A stretch of DNA of 64,000 bases from Candidatus Binatia bacterium (GTDB taxonomy: Bacteria; Desulfobacterota; Binatia; UBA9968; CAXXLF01), in contig CAXXLF010000002.1 in assembly GCA_963664015.2 (NCBI GenBank), positions 1,920,001 to 1,984,000 on the forward strand, in the 5' to 3' direction. The notes below the pieces were generated by a model. It was not told the DNA's origin. It saw only the letters and a list, made by a program, of their open reading frames with translations, and did not search any database. Within the stretch, counting starts at the first letter, position 1. Every line of letters begins with the position of its first letter. This document shows, in pieces, positions 1-10,063 of the stretch. Made by a program: the position numbers and the translations under genes.

Positions 1-84
1 GGGGAACTCCACCCAGTTACCATCAATGTCTTGGAGGCGTGCGATCGGAAAGATTTCTCCTAATGCCAAACCGGCCATCTTCAT
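1..84 (-). CDS. 5' part of a probable redoxin/peroxiredoxin-like (AhpC/TSA-type) protein, runs off the window edge
   Basis: Manual translation MKMAGLALGEIFPIARLQDIDGNWVEFP after a GGAAGGA RBS; resembles the L-x-x-G-x-x-x-P-x-x-x-L-x-D-x-D-G N-terminus of redoxins. Only 28 codons visible. Confidence 0.45.
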   Translation of the reverse strand, partial: MKMAGLALGEIFPIARLQDIDGNWVEFP

Positions 85-198
85 GTTCCTTCCCAGATGA
101 TGAGCTACCGAATTCCTAAACGGTTCGAAGCGACTGTGAAGTTTAGCTATCAAACGGCAGATAGGCTGTCAATGGAGGGAAGAAAAGAGGCGTTTGAG

Positions 199-549
199 TT
201 AATTGATGACACCGAGCTTTTCCCCTACCTTGGAGAAAGCGGCGACTGTGGCGTCCATATGTTTCTGCTCGTGGGCGGCGGACAGTTGGACCCGAATACG
301 GGCTTCCCCTTTGGGGACGACCGGGTAGGGGAAAGCGATGACGTAGACGCCTTCTTTTAAGAGCTCGTCGGCCATGGGTTGGGCCAGCTTGGCGTCGTAG
401 AGCATTATAGGGACGATGGGGTGGTGACCGGGCTTGATTTCGAAGCCTGCCCTTTGCATCCTCTGTCTGAAGGTACGGGCATTGGCCTCCAGTCGATCCC
501 TCAACTCGGTGGTCGACGACAAGAGCCCCAGGACCTTGAGGCCCGCGGT
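199..549 (-). pseudogene. kbl: 3' fragment of glycine C-acetyltransferase (2-amino-3-ketobutyrate CoA ligase)
   Basis: LRDRLEANARTFRQRM...GHHPIVPIMLYDAKLAQ...GVYVIAFPYPVVPKGEARIRVQLSAAH matches the Kbl C-terminus; the N-terminal two thirds, including the PLP lysine, are absent. Confidence 0.8.
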
Positions 550-555
550 CTCGGG

Positions 556-1134
556 ATCGGGTGGTGAATTCGGAGGAATAGAGGTAATTCCAATGAGAGG
601 AATCGATGCTGCTCTTAACCCCCTGCAGGTAGTTACAGTCAGAAAGTACTTAGCAAAGACTGCGTTGAGGTTTGGGTGCCCGGGTCCACTCGAATTCGGG
701 GAAAGCTGGCATCTTGTCCGGGGGGCCCATGTAGGTCCACACACCACCGGCGACTTCTCGAGTGGTGTAGGCCCTTTGTTTGATAAGGTCTTTGAAATTG
801 CTGCCCGGTGGCTCTGCGGGGGGCTCCAGCACATTACCCTCCTCGTCCATTTTCCAGCCATGGTAGATGCAGCGTAGGCCTCCCGCTTCGTTACGGCCGT
901 AGGCGAGGGAAACTCCTCGGTGTGGACAGTACTTTCCAGTAACCCGATCCTTCCATGGGTGCCTCGAAAGGCCACCAGGTCCTCTCCCAGTAGCCTTACA
1001 GGCTTTGGATTGCAGTCCGGATCAGGTATTTCCTCGGATAGCAGGGCAGGTATCCAATACCGTCTCATCATCTCCCCCATGGGAGTGCTCGGACCTGTTT
1101 TCGTGAGAAGCTCGTTTTCTTCTAAGGAAAGTAT
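556..1134 (-). pseudogene. Decayed 5' half of a phthalate-dioxygenase-like Rieske oxygenase
   Basis: AAGGAGG RBS then ATA (mutated start) LSLEENELLTKTGPSTPMGEMMRRYW. After a frameshift near 933 the Rieske motifs CPHRG...CIYHGW are intact. In-frame TAA at 652-650, then a degenerate CNYLQGVKSSIDSSH and truncation. Confidence 0.85.
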
Positions 1135-1226
1135 CCTTTACCTCCTTTGAATTCCTCCATCAGCAATTGTAACGGGGCGATCCTAATACGATCTTTTATG
1201 CAGGGCAATGGGCTAGCTCTGTACTA

Positions 1227-1931
1227 TTATCCGCCTTCGCGGGAGACCGCGGGCGTAAGCCCGCGGAGGCTTCCTTTCATTGATCTCAAAAGGGGCTCCA
1301 TTACCTTCCATACATTTTGAGCCACGATTTTATATCCCTCTGCAGTGGGATGTATCCCATCGGGCATATTGAGTTCCGGGTTCCCCCCGACGCCGTCGAG
1401 CAAGAAACGAATGAGCTCGACCCCGTTGGCTTTTGCCAGGGCAGGGTAGATGGCAGCGAAGTGTGCGGCATAGGGTTGCCCCATGTTGGGAGGGGCCTGC
1501 ATGCCGGCAAGAACGATTTGAACGCCTGGGTATCGGCTCTTGGTTTGGTTGATGATGGATTGGAGGTTCTCCCGGATCAGCTCTACGGGAAGTCCTCTGA
1601 GTGCGTCGTTAATGCCCAGTTCAAGGACCAGGATGTCGATCTCAAGACGCATCAACCAGTCGAGGCGCTGCAATCCGCCGGATGTCGTATCTCCGCTCTG
1701 TCCTGCATTTACGGTCCGATAGTTCCAGCCCAAAGAGTTGATCCGTTGCTGGATCAACGAGGAATAGGCTTCGTTGGGCTCTACGCCGTAACCGGCGGTC
1801 AGGCTGTCGCCGAGAAAGACAATGGTCCGCGGTTTATTGTTATCGGCCATGACGGTCCCTAGGTAAGGGCTCAAAATCAAGAGGAACCAGAGAAGAAGTG
1901 AGCCGGCTCCTTTCATCTTCAACCGATTCAT
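1227..1931 (-). CDS. tesA: SGNH/GDSL arylesterase (TesA-like) with signal peptide
   Basis: FLGDSLTAGYG, NAGQSGDTT, LELGIND and DGIHP blocks; divergent from a ybbA/ybbP-like ABC pair as in E. coli. Confidence 0.85.
   Translation of the reverse strand: MNRLKMKGAGSLLLWFLLILSPYLGTVMADNNKPRTIVFLGDSLTAGYGVEPNEAYSSLIQQRINSLGWNYRTVNAGQSGDTTSGGLQRLDWLMRLEIDILVLELGINDALRGLPVELIRENLQSIINQTKSRYPGVQIVLAGMQAPPNMGQPYAAHFAAIYPALAKANGVELIRFLLDGVGGNPELNMPDGIHPTAEGYKIVAQNVWKVMEPLLRSMKGSLRGLTPAVSREGG
1231..1274 (+). repeat. Short palindromic element, collapsed relative of the 50152-50297 element
   Basis: CCGCCTTCGC-GGGAGA-CCGCGGGC-GTAA-GCCCGCGG-AGGCTTCC shares the 5' leader, GTAA-loop hairpin and AGGCT tail with the 50-kb element; preceded by TTAT. 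Confidence 0.8.
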
Positions 1932-2035
1932 GATTCTAATAGAGTAACACGCGTTCCTGCCGAGCCGCGTTAGAAATTCAAAGAGTGGTTAATCCTGCGG
2001 TTGGATCTTTTCAGGTTAAACGTCCCATTGAGCCT

Positions 2036-2761
2036 ATGAAGGAATCAACGATATTAGATGTCCAGAGTTTAAGCAAGTCCTACAAGAGCGGGGATGGGAC
2101 CCTGGTGGTTTTAAAGAGCATCGCCTTTACACTCACCAAGGGATCGACGTGCGCCCTGGTGGGACCCTCCGGTAGCGGCAAGACAACGCTTCTGGGGCTG
2201 TGTGCGGGGCTCGATCGTCCCAGCTCCGGCTCCGTGGTCCTCAACGGCATCGAATTAGGCAGCCTGAGTGAGGACCAGCTGTCCGAGTTCAGGAACAAGC
2301 ATACGGGGTTTATATTTCAGACCTTCCAATTGATTTCCACCCTCACCGCGTTGGAGAACGTCATGGTCCCGGCGGAGCTTCGCGGCGAGCCCGATGCCAG
2401 GAGCCACGCCATGGAGCTGCTGGAGTGTGTCGGTTTGGGCGACCGAACCCATCACTATCCGGTGCAACTCTCGGGAGGCGAACAGCAGCGTGTGGCCATT
2501 GCCCGCAGTTTTATCAACCGCCCCAGAGTGTTGTTTGCCGATGAACCCACCGGCAACCTGGACGCTGAGACGGGAAAGAAGATCGTCACCCTGCTCTTTG
2601 AGCTGAACGCACTGGCGGGAACCACGCTGATTTTGGCCACTCATGATACGGCCCTCTCCCAGCATACCGCCCGTGTCATCCAGATCAAGGGTGGTCAAAT
2701 CGTTTCCGATATTACCAAGGAACCCTCTCAACCAGCCCTTGAGGAGGCATCTTCAGGATGA
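2036..2761 (+). CDS. ABC transporter ATP-binding protein (YbbA/LolD-like)
   Basis: Walker [22 protein letters not shown] signature, [11 protein letters not shown]; start moved to ATG 2036. Confidence 0.9.
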   Translation: MKESTILDVQSLSKSYKSGDGTLVVLKSIAFTLTKGSTCALVGPSGSGKTTLLGLCAGLDRPSSGSVVLNGIELGSLSEDQLSEFRNKHTGFIFQTFQLISTLTALENVMVPAELRGEPDARSHAMELLECVGLGDRTHHYPVQLSGGEQQRVAIARSFINRPRVLFADEPTGNLDAETGKKIVTLLFELNALAGTTLILATHDTALSQHTARVIQIKGGQIVSDITKEPSQPALEEASSG

Positions 2762-2801
2762 CTGGGAAGAGCCGATAAATCTCCATTGAGAGTCTTGCCC
2801 A

Positions 2802-5348
2802 ATGATAGGCTTGAACCTCTTTGACTCTTGGGTTTGGAAGATGGCCTGGCGTGATAGCCGGTTCAGCCGCAAGCGGCTTTTTCTGTCCATGGCATGCATC
2901 ACCTTTGGCGTTGCCGCCTTGGTCGCCATCACCTCATTTAGCGAAAACCTGCAACAGACCATAGATCAACAATCGAAAATCCTGCTGGGGGCCGACCTGG
3001 TAATCAGGAGCCGACGGCCCTTTCGGAATGAATCGGAAGTTCTATTGACCTCTATTGGCGGAGAACGGGCGCGCCAGGCCAGCTTTGCCTCTATGGTCTA
3101 CTTCCCCAAGAGCGGATCGACGCGCCTTGCAAGGATTCGTGCCTTGGAAGGAGATTTCCCTTTCTACGGTGATCTGGAGACCGATCCCGAAGAAGGGGCG
3201 GAGAGCTTTCGCAGCGGATCCGGAGCGATTGTCGACGAAAGCCTCATGCTTCAATTCGATGTCCACGTGGGCGATCCCATCAAGATCGGTGCCCACACCT
3301 TTCGTATCACGGGAAAGATCAAGAAGATCCCCGGTGAGTCCGTGGCCATCGGGCTACTTCAACCCAGGGTCTACATTCCCATGGGTTCCTTGGGCGCGAC
3401 CAAGTTGGTTCGCAAGGGAAGCATCGTAACGTACCGTGCCTTTTTCAAGTTCGATGATGGACGGGATGTGGAGGCGCTCATCCAATCCATCAAGCCCCAG
3501 TTGCGCGAATACGGTCTCAGGGCCACGACGGTCCAGCAGCGAAAGCGGCGTCTGGGTCGGATCATGGAAAATCTGCCGCGCTTCCTGAACCTGGTGGGAT
3601 TTCTTGCCCTGCTGCTTGGCGGCGTCGGGGTGGCCAGTGCCATCCATGTCTACGTCAGACAGAAGATCACTACGGTGGCGGTCCTGCGCTGTGTAGGTGC
3701 AAAGGCAGGACGCATCTTTGCCGTTTATCTTGTTCAGTCCATGGTCATGGGACTGCTCGGGAGCATCCTTGGGGTTTTAGCTGGAGTTGGGGTGCAGAGG
3801 TGGCTGCCTAGGGTCCTGGCGGATTTCCTCCCTATGGAAATTGTCGTGACCGTTTCGTGGTCCGCTGTGCTCATGGGTCTGGCCGTCGGGCTGGCCGTTG
3901 CCTTGCTCTTTGCCCTGCTTCCCCTGATATCCCTGAAACGGGTCTCGCCCCTACTCACACTTCGATCCTCATTTGAAAACTCGCTGCCGTCGTTCATGGA
4001 TCCTCCTCGGATAATCGTCCTGTTGTTGATTGCCATTGGCATTGGCGCATTTGCCGTGTTCCAGACACAGAACTGGAATCAGGGGCTAGGATTTACTGCC
4101 GGGCTGGTTCTGGCCGCCGGACTCTTGATCGGTTTGGCTCGGGTGTTGATACTCGTCGCCAGAAAGTTTTTCCCCCAGTCGTGGCCCTATGTCTGGCGTC
4201 AGGGCCTGGCCAATCTCTACCGTCCCAACAATCAGACCAGTGTGCTCATGCTATCACTTGGCCTGGGTACCTTCTTGATAATGACGCTGCACTTCTCGCA
4301 ACGTATGTTGTTGGACCAGGTGGTTTGGACTGCCGGGGGGGGGCGCCCCAATATGGTCCTGTTCGATGTCCAACCGCAGCAGAGAAAGGGCCTGGCTGAT
4401 TTGCTTGCCAGTCATAAGGTGCCCCTGCTTCAGGAGATCCCCATTGTCACCATGCGTTTGTTGTCTGTGAATGGGCGTAGTACCCAGGAGATTAGAAGCG
4501 ATCCAAAATCTGATATACCCCGGTGGGTCCTGAGAAGGGAGTACCGATCGACCTATCGGAACCACTTGGTGGAGACCGAAAGGCTGATTGCCGGTTCCTT
4601 GAATGGGAGTCCGAATCTCGAAGGCTCCCCCAACTGGGTCTCCCTGGAGAAGGGCATTGCCGAAGATCTCATGGTCGGCGTCGGTGATGAGTTGGTATTC
4701 GACATTTCCGGAGTGCCCTTGCGGACCCGAGTGGGCAGCATTCGGCAGGTGAACTGGCAGCGGTTTCAACCCAATTTTTTCATCGTCTTTGCCGAAGGGT
4801 TATTGGAAAAAGCCCCGCAGTTTTTCGTGCAGGTGACCCGGATCGCCAACGGTGAAGCGTCTGCCGGTCTGCAACGAGCGGTGGTACAAAACTTCCCCAA
4901 TGTTTCTGCTATCGATCTGTCCCTGGTCCTCACGACGGTCGACGCAGTGTTGAAGCGGGTTTATTTCGCAATCCGATTCGTAGCGCTCTTCAGCATTATA
5001 ACAGGGCTCCTGGTCTTGGCCAGTTCCGTTCTAACCAGCCGATACCAGCGCTTTAGGGAAAGTGTCCTGCTACGGACGCTGGGGGCCACTCGGGCTCAGG
5101 TAAGAAACATAATGTTGATCGAATACCTGTTCCTGGGAGGAGTGGCCTCTCTGGCTGGGTCGCTTCTTGCCCTTGGTGCGAGTTGGGGACTGGCCCATTT
5201 CGTTTTTGAGGTCGTTTATGTGCCCCGAGGAGAAGGGGTCTTGATTGCTGTAGTTGCGGTAATCGGTTTGACCCTTCTCATCGGTATGCTGAACAGCCGG
5301 AGAATCTGTGACCGGCCCCCTTTAGAGGTCCTGCGGTATGAGAACTGA
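2802..5348 (+). CDS. ABC transporter permease, FtsX/MacB-like (YbbP type)
   Basis: 848 aa with duplicated permease halves, WKMAWRD start and PLEVLR end; follows the ATPase. Confidence 0.9.
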   Translation: MIGLNLFDSWVWKMAWRDSRFSRKRLFLSMACITFGVAALVAITSFSENLQQTIDQQSKILLGADLVIRSRRPFRNESEVLLTSIGGERARQASFASMVYFPKSGSTRLARIRALEGDFPFYGDLETDPEEGAESFRSGSGAIVDESLMLQFDVHVGDPIKIGAHTFRITGKIKKIPGESVAIGLLQPRVYIPMGSLGATKLVRKGSIVTYRAFFKFDDGRDVEALIQSIKPQLREYGLRATTVQQRKRRLGRIMENLPRFLNLVGFLALLLGGVGVASAIHVYVRQKITTVAVLRCVGAKAGRIFAVYLVQSMVMGLLGSILGVLAGVGVQRWLPRVLADFLPMEIVVTVSWSAVLMGLAVGLAVALLFALLPLISLKRVSPLLTLRSSFENSLPSFMDPPRIIVLLLIAIGIGAFAVFQTQNWNQGLGFTAGLVLAAGLLIGLARVLILVARKFFPQSWPYVWRQGLANLYRPNNQTSVLMLSLGLGTFLIMTLHFSQRMLLDQVVWTAGGGRPNMVLFDVQPQQRKGLADLLASHKVPLLQEIPIVTMRLLSVNGRSTQEIRSDPKSDIPRWVLRREYRSTYRNHLVETERLIAGSLNGSPNLEGSPNWVSLEKGIAEDLMVGVGDELVFDISGVPLRTRVGSIRQVNWQRFQPNFFIVFAEGLLEKAPQFFVQVTRIANGEASAGLQRAVVQNFPNVSAIDLSLVLTTVDAVLKRVYFAIRFVALFSIITGLLVLASSVLTSRYQRFRESVLLRTLGATRAQVRNIMLIEYLFLGGVASLAGSLLALGASWGLAHFVFEVVYVPRGEGVLIAVVAVIGLTLLIGMLNSRRICDRPPLEVLRYEN

Positions 5349-5423
5349 CCGGTTGCCTAAAGAATGGCTCAACGACTAGAACCACGGGTGTACGGCTCGG
5401 TGTTAACCGCAAGGCGTCGGTTA

Positions 5424-5452
5424 TTGACGGGTAGGGATTCGATGTCTAGGCT
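5424..5452 (+). promoter_or_regulatory. Putative sigma70 promoter
   Basis: TTGACG-17bp-TAGGCT ending 9 nt before ATG 5462. Confidence 0.5.
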
Positions 5453-5461
5453 AATGGGCCA

Positions 5462-6409
5462 ATGCTGGGGTATGATGGCGGACCGTCGACCCTAGGCGCC
5501 TGGAGTGCAGACTTGCTGAGTTTCAAACGAGCGCGTCGTTGGCTTCTCTACCGTGCTTGCATGGGTATCGCGATCTCTTACCGCGGGTTGTATCGAGCCC
5601 TGCCCGTTGGTCTATTTAATCTTATCTCCATACTATTGATTCGCGTCCTGGTTCTTTCTCTGTATTCTCGTAAACGTATCGTTAAGAACCTGCACCTGGG
5701 CTTTGGGCATACCTTTTCATGGCCTGCCAAGCGGGGAATGGCCAGAGGGGTGCAGGCCAATCTGGAACAGGGCATCCGGGACTGTCTCTTTCAATGGCTG
5801 GATCCGGAAAAGGTTCGGATGTCGGTAGGGATCCAGGGTGTGGAACACCTTCAGTCCGCACTTTCCAAGGGGAAAGGGGTGATCGCCCTGGGTGCCCATC
5901 TGGGCAATTTTATCCTGGTGGGGGCACGGCTGGGGATTGAGGGTTACCCCTTCCATACCCTGATCCGCTTTCCCGAAGACCCCAAAACCAAGTCCTTCCT
6001 TGAAAAGCATGTGGCTGCCTATTATCAGCACCTCCTTCCCTCCATGCCGCGGAGAGCTGCCGTGGAGAAAATCCTGGAGGTGCTTAGGAAAAATGAGATT
6101 GTTTTTATCCTTGGCGACAACTTTAAACGGGGACGAGTGCATGCCCAATTCTTCGGGCAACCTATTCGCTCTTCCCGGGGGCCCGTCAGCCTTGCCTTAC
6201 GCTCTGGCGCTGCGGTCCTGCCGACCTATCTGATCAGGAACGATCAAGGGGAAATGGAACTCCGAATCGACCCCGAGATCCCAATTGGACGGAACGGCGA
6301 CTTGTCGTCTGATATTGTCACCAATACCCAGCGTATGACCGCTATTATCGAGAAGTTGGTCCGGCGCTATCCGGATCAGTGGAATTGGCTTACCGTGCGC
6401 TTTGAATGA
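5462..6409 (+). CDS. Lysophospholipid / lipid A lauroyl-type acyltransferase family protein (LpxL/HtrB-like)
   Basis: KGKGVIALGAHLGNF, FFGQP, LALRSGAAVLP and VRRYPDQWNW motifs. Confidence 0.8.
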   Translation: MLGYDGGPSTLGAWSADLLSFKRARRWLLYRACMGIAISYRGLYRALPVGLFNLISILLIRVLVLSLYSRKRIVKNLHLGFGHTFSWPAKRGMARGVQANLEQGIRDCLFQWLDPEKVRMSVGIQGVEHLQSALSKGKGVIALGAHLGNFILVGARLGIEGYPFHTLIRFPEDPKTKSFLEKHVAAYYQHLLPSMPRRAAVEKILEVLRKNEIVFILGDNFKRGRVHAQFFGQPIRSSRGPVSLALRSGAAVLPTYLIRNDQGEMELRIDPEIPIGRNGDLSSDIVTNTQRMTAIIEKLVRRYPDQWNWLTVRFE

Positions 6410-6495
6410 AGGGGAGCTTCGGACGAGCTATGGTGCCCAATCGGTGTCATCGGCAACGATAGTGGGGACGTGAGATTGGCTTGGCCGGCCCGGCA

Positions 6496-6977
6496 CTACC
6501 GGGGGAGAACCAGATAAACATCATCCGAGTCGTATTGATTTTTTCCTTGCCCATTCGGCCCGAAGGAGCCTAGGACGGAAAATTTTGGCCCGTTCTTTGG
6601 TATTTCTTAGTCCGGGTCAAAAAAGTAATTGTTGCCCCAGGGGTCTAGGGGGATGGACTGAATATAGGGGCCTGCCGGTTTTTGAAGGCGCTGGTGGCCG
6701 AAATCAAGCCAGTGGCGGATGAGGTGAGATCCCAGATCTCCTGATTGGCCGTCTGGCCAATAGTGTTGGGACCGGGCCACTTCTCGGTATCCGCTGCCAG
6801 TGCCTCTACGGCGAGATGAATGTTTTTGAGCTCCGCTCTGGCACGGCCAATCTTTGCCGTTTCTCTGTAAGTTAGATAGGTGGGAACGGAGATCGCCGCC
6901 AGGATAGCGATGATACCGAGGTTGACCATCAGTTCAACCAGGGTATACCCCATCTTGTCGGTGAGAATGGATTTCAT
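6496..6977 (-). pseudogene. GspG-like pseudopilin / type IV pilin pseudogene
   Basis: Prepilin G|YTLVEL motif. After a frameshift near 6670 it continues GPYIQSIPLDPWGNNYFFDPD*EIP...GSFGPNGQGKNQYDSDDV with an in-frame TAA; the W expected in WxGPY is R. Confidence 0.8.
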
Positions 6978-7146
6978 CGTCGATCGCACCTGTTTCTAAA
7001 CAGATAAGCTATTGAAAATAAACCACAATTAATTTATAAGTTCAAACCTGTCCAAATGGATGGAAGGTGCAGAGATCGTATCAAATCAGATCCCTATAGA
7101 AGTCCGAGGCGAGGCCGAGTCTAGTTCTAGGATACCCCCCCCCACC

Positions 7147-7926
7147 ATGTGTACACTAGCCCTTTTTTTTCGAGCGATTGATGACTATCCGCTACTCGTT
7201 GCGGCCAATCGGGATGAGCATCTCGACCGGCCGTCGGCGTCCCCCGGGGTTTTGCTTGAGACCCCCTGGGTCTTTGGTGGTAAGGACTTACAGGCTGGAG
7301 GGACCTGGTTGGGCGTCAACGGTCATGGCATGTTCGTTGGGATCCTGAACCGTAGCTCCGGGGAAAAAAAGATGGGCACGAGATCAAGGGGCTTGCTTTG
7401 TTTGGATCTGCTCAAAACTGGGGACCCTGCCGAGGCCAAGCAGGCATTGATGCGGCAGGACGCCAAGGTCTATAACCCTTTCAATCTGGTCTTTGCCAGC
7501 GCGACGGAGTCCTACGTGGCTCATAACGCAGGGGAAAGAATAGAATGCATCAGCTTGGACCCTGGGGTCCATGTGGTCGGAAATGTCTCCATTTACGATC
7601 GTTCGGCTGTAAAGACCAATCACGCCTCGGGGCTGTTCTCGGCTGCTCGTGAGCGAATAGCTTACGGCTCTCCCAGGGTGCCTGACGTGGAACCCGACGG
7701 GGCCGCGGGCATCGCTTCATTGGTGGAGTTGTTTCGAGGCGTCTTGAGCGATCATCAGTTGAGCAAAGGCTCTACCAATCCTCGGCAAACGATCTGTGTC
7801 CATGGAGGTGATTACGGAACAGTTTCATCCTCCGTGCTTATTCTTGCGGAAGGTCAAAGCCAGTTTGATTATTTTCATGCCCCGGGCCCACCCTGCCGGA
7901 ACGAATTCGAAAGGTGCCGGCTTTAA
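7147..7926 (+). CDS. NRDE / TANGO2 family protein
   Basis: MCTL start, AANRDE, GGKDLQAGGTWLGVN and YGTVSS motifs. Confidence 0.9.
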   Translation: MCTLALFFRAIDDYPLLVAANRDEHLDRPSASPGVLLETPWVFGGKDLQAGGTWLGVNGHGMFVGILNRSSGEKKMGTRSRGLLCLDLLKTGDPAEAKQALMRQDAKVYNPFNLVFASATESYVAHNAGERIECISLDPGVHVVGNVSIYDRSAVKTNHASGLFSAARERIAYGSPRVPDVEPDGAAGIASLVELFRGVLSDHQLSKGSTNPRQTICVHGGDYGTVSSSVLILAEGQSQFDYFHAPGPPCRNEFERCRL

Positions 7927-8046
7927 AATTTGATATTAAATCGTAATCGTTCGAGGTGTAGATTGACACTGTCACTGCCATTCGGATAATCTTGATATTT
8001 ATAAGAGGTTCTAGAATCGACCTTTCGCCTATAGGGAAAAATTTAA

Positions 8047-8880
8047 GTGCCACTCACTATCCGATTGTCTTTATTGTTTGTTTTTTCTCTAACGGTCTAC
8101 TGTGGACACTTGTCTGCACAGCCGTTGACCGCCGATGCCCCCATATTTGATGGTCCAGTCATAGAGGAACCTGCGCAGCCCCCTTTCGCCAGCCCCGAGC
8201 GCCCCTTTTTGCAGCGGCGTGAAATTAAAGAGGAGGACCTAACCGATGATCCCTCCGGGGTTTCTCCCTTGAGGACTTCTCTCCCCGGGGAGCCGGGATC
8301 GATTACTCTTGAACAGCCAAGGAGAGAGGGTGGCCAGCCCATAGAACTCAAAATTGACATTGAGCCCCGGCCCCAAGAGGGGGCCCAAGAGCGGGAAGGT
8401 TCGGAAGCCTCCGAAGTCGTGGATACGGAAGCGCCGCCGGACGCAGACGACCCCGGTTCTCTTATCGCTAAGATCAAACCCGAGACAACTCCCAGACGCG
8501 CAGCCTCATTGCGTTTGACTGAGGAAGGCCGGCAGTTGGTGGATTCGGGGGAGTATCGAAAGGCCCTCCAGCAGCTCGAAAAAACCATTGCCATCGACTC
8601 TACCAATCCCTACAGCTACTACTATCTGGGTCTGGTTCATTTTCAAATGGCCAATCACCAAGCATCGGCAAACTTTCTGGATGTCGCTGAGTCCCTTTTG
8701 AGCCGGGAGCCCTACTGGTTGGCTCGCGTCTATGTACTGAAGGGAAAGAATTTTCAGGTTCAAGGTGCTCTGGAGCAGGCGGATGCCAGCTACGCCAGTG
8801 CATTAAAATTGGATCCCAATAACCAGAGCGCCTTTGAGGCCTTGACCCAAATCAATAACGATACGGAAAAGAGCTTTTAG
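8047..8880 (+). CDS. Exported tetratricopeptide-repeat protein
   Basis: Signal peptide, Pro/Glu-rich linker, C-terminal TPRs (YRKALQQLEKTIAID, YASALKLDPNN). Confidence 0.75.
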   Translation: MPLTIRLSLLFVFSLTVYCGHLSAQPLTADAPIFDGPVIEEPAQPPFASPERPFLQRREIKEEDLTDDPSGVSPLRTSLPGEPGSITLEQPRREGGQPIELKIDIEPRPQEGAQEREGSEASEVVDTEAPPDADDPGSLIAKIKPETTPRRAASLRLTEEGRQLVDSGEYRKALQQLEKTIAIDSTNPYSYYYLGLVHFQMANHQASANFLDVAESLLSREPYWLARVYVLKGKNFQVQGALEQADASYASALKLDPNNQSAFEALTQINNDTEKSF

Positions 8881-8901
8881 GAAAGTGGATCGACCTCTCT
8901 G

Positions 8902-9846
8902 CTAGCGAGAGTTTTGACTTGTCTCTAGGGTATAGTTGAAGGTGAAGCGGATACTCAACTGGTCAAGCTCGATCTGATCGGGAATGGGGTTGAAGGGAGA
9001 AGCTGCGTCGACGGCTCTGATCGCCTCACGATCAAGGTCGGAAAAACCTGAGGAGCGCAGGATCTGTACATCCTGCAGGTTGCCGTTTTTTTGGATGGTG
9101 AACTCCACATCGACTTTGCCTTGTTCTTTACCCTCAATTGCCCCCTCGGGGTATTTCCAAGCGCGGACGATACTTTCTTTTACCGTCTGCCGGTATGTTG
9201 AGTATGCTGCCGATTTCTCAGTATCTTTCGTGTCCTTCGTATCTTGGGCAGATTCCAGGTTGTCCTGCGGTTCTATGACGGGGTCTTGGGGGATGGCCGC
9301 TGTCTCGTCGGTTCCCTTATTCGCTTCCTGCCCTTTGACCCGGTTACGGATTCGATCAATGGCGTTATTGATGAGCTTCCCTCGGGTTTGGGGCGGGAGT
9401 CCAGGTTCAGGTGCTGGTGCTGCAGCGTCGACCGGTTCTGGAGGGGGCGGTGGCTCCACGGTGCTCGGCCGCTGGTCTGAGAGGGCGGCGAGCTTTTTTT
9501 GCGTGGCTTGGACGCCCAGCCGATGGTTAATATCCTGATAAATCTTTAAGGCTTGGGTGTAACGATTGCGCGCCTCACGGGTATTTTTCTGGAGGCGGTG
9601 GACTTCGGCCATATTGTCGAGCGTGAGGGCCTGTATCAAAGAATCATCATTCTCCCGAGCCAGTTCCAGCGCCTCTTCGAGCTTTTCCAGGGCTTCAGGG
9701 TAGCTGCCCCTTCTGGCTGCAGCGCGGGCCTCGGTAAGCAGCTTGGCAGGGCCGTCGTCTTCGACAGCAAGGCCTGCGGTAGTCAGGAGCACAGTCACAA
9801 AAAACAGAAAGACTGGAGCAGTTCGCAGCGGTGACATGCCAAACAT
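8902..9846 (-). CDS. TPR + TonB C-terminal domain protein
   Basis: N-terminal signal and TPR helices, Pro-rich spacer, AWKYP...GKVDVEFTI...SSGFSDLDREAIRAV TonB_C motif. Confidence 0.85.
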   Translation of the reverse strand: MFGMSPLRTAPVFLFFVTVLLTTAGLAVEDDGPAKLLTEARAAARRGSYPEALEKLEEALELARENDDSLIQALTLDNMAEVHRLQKNTREARNRYTQALKIYQDINHRLGVQATQKKLAALSDQRPSTVEPPPPPEPVDAAAPAPEPGLPPQTRGKLINNAIDRIRNRVKGQEANKGTDETAAIPQDPVIEPQDNLESAQDTKDTKDTEKSAAYSTYRQTVKESIVRAWKYPEGAIEGKEQGKVDVEFTIQKNGNLQDVQILRSSGFSDLDREAIRAVDAASPFNPIPDQIELDQLSIRFTFNYTLETSQNSR

Positions 9847-10063
9847 AATTCAATCTGAATCGTGTTTTGTTAGAAGAAGCGTCTAAGGTTTATTCAAAAC
9901 CGACTGTCCCTTAAGATGCAAAGAAATTTAACATACTCCTATAATTTCAATAGGTCCAACGGATAAACAGTGCAAGGCAAGGTCCCGAGGCATTGGAGAA
10001 TGGATGACTGGAGTTTCAGGGTGAAATGACATTCACCAGAGGAAGGGGGCAGCTTGGGGTACC

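Noticed and set aside
199-1080. 293-aa ORF as a functional novel fusion enzyme
   Set aside because: Its middle is the off-frame reading of the Rieske gene, so it lacks both the Rieske ligands and the Kbl PLP site.
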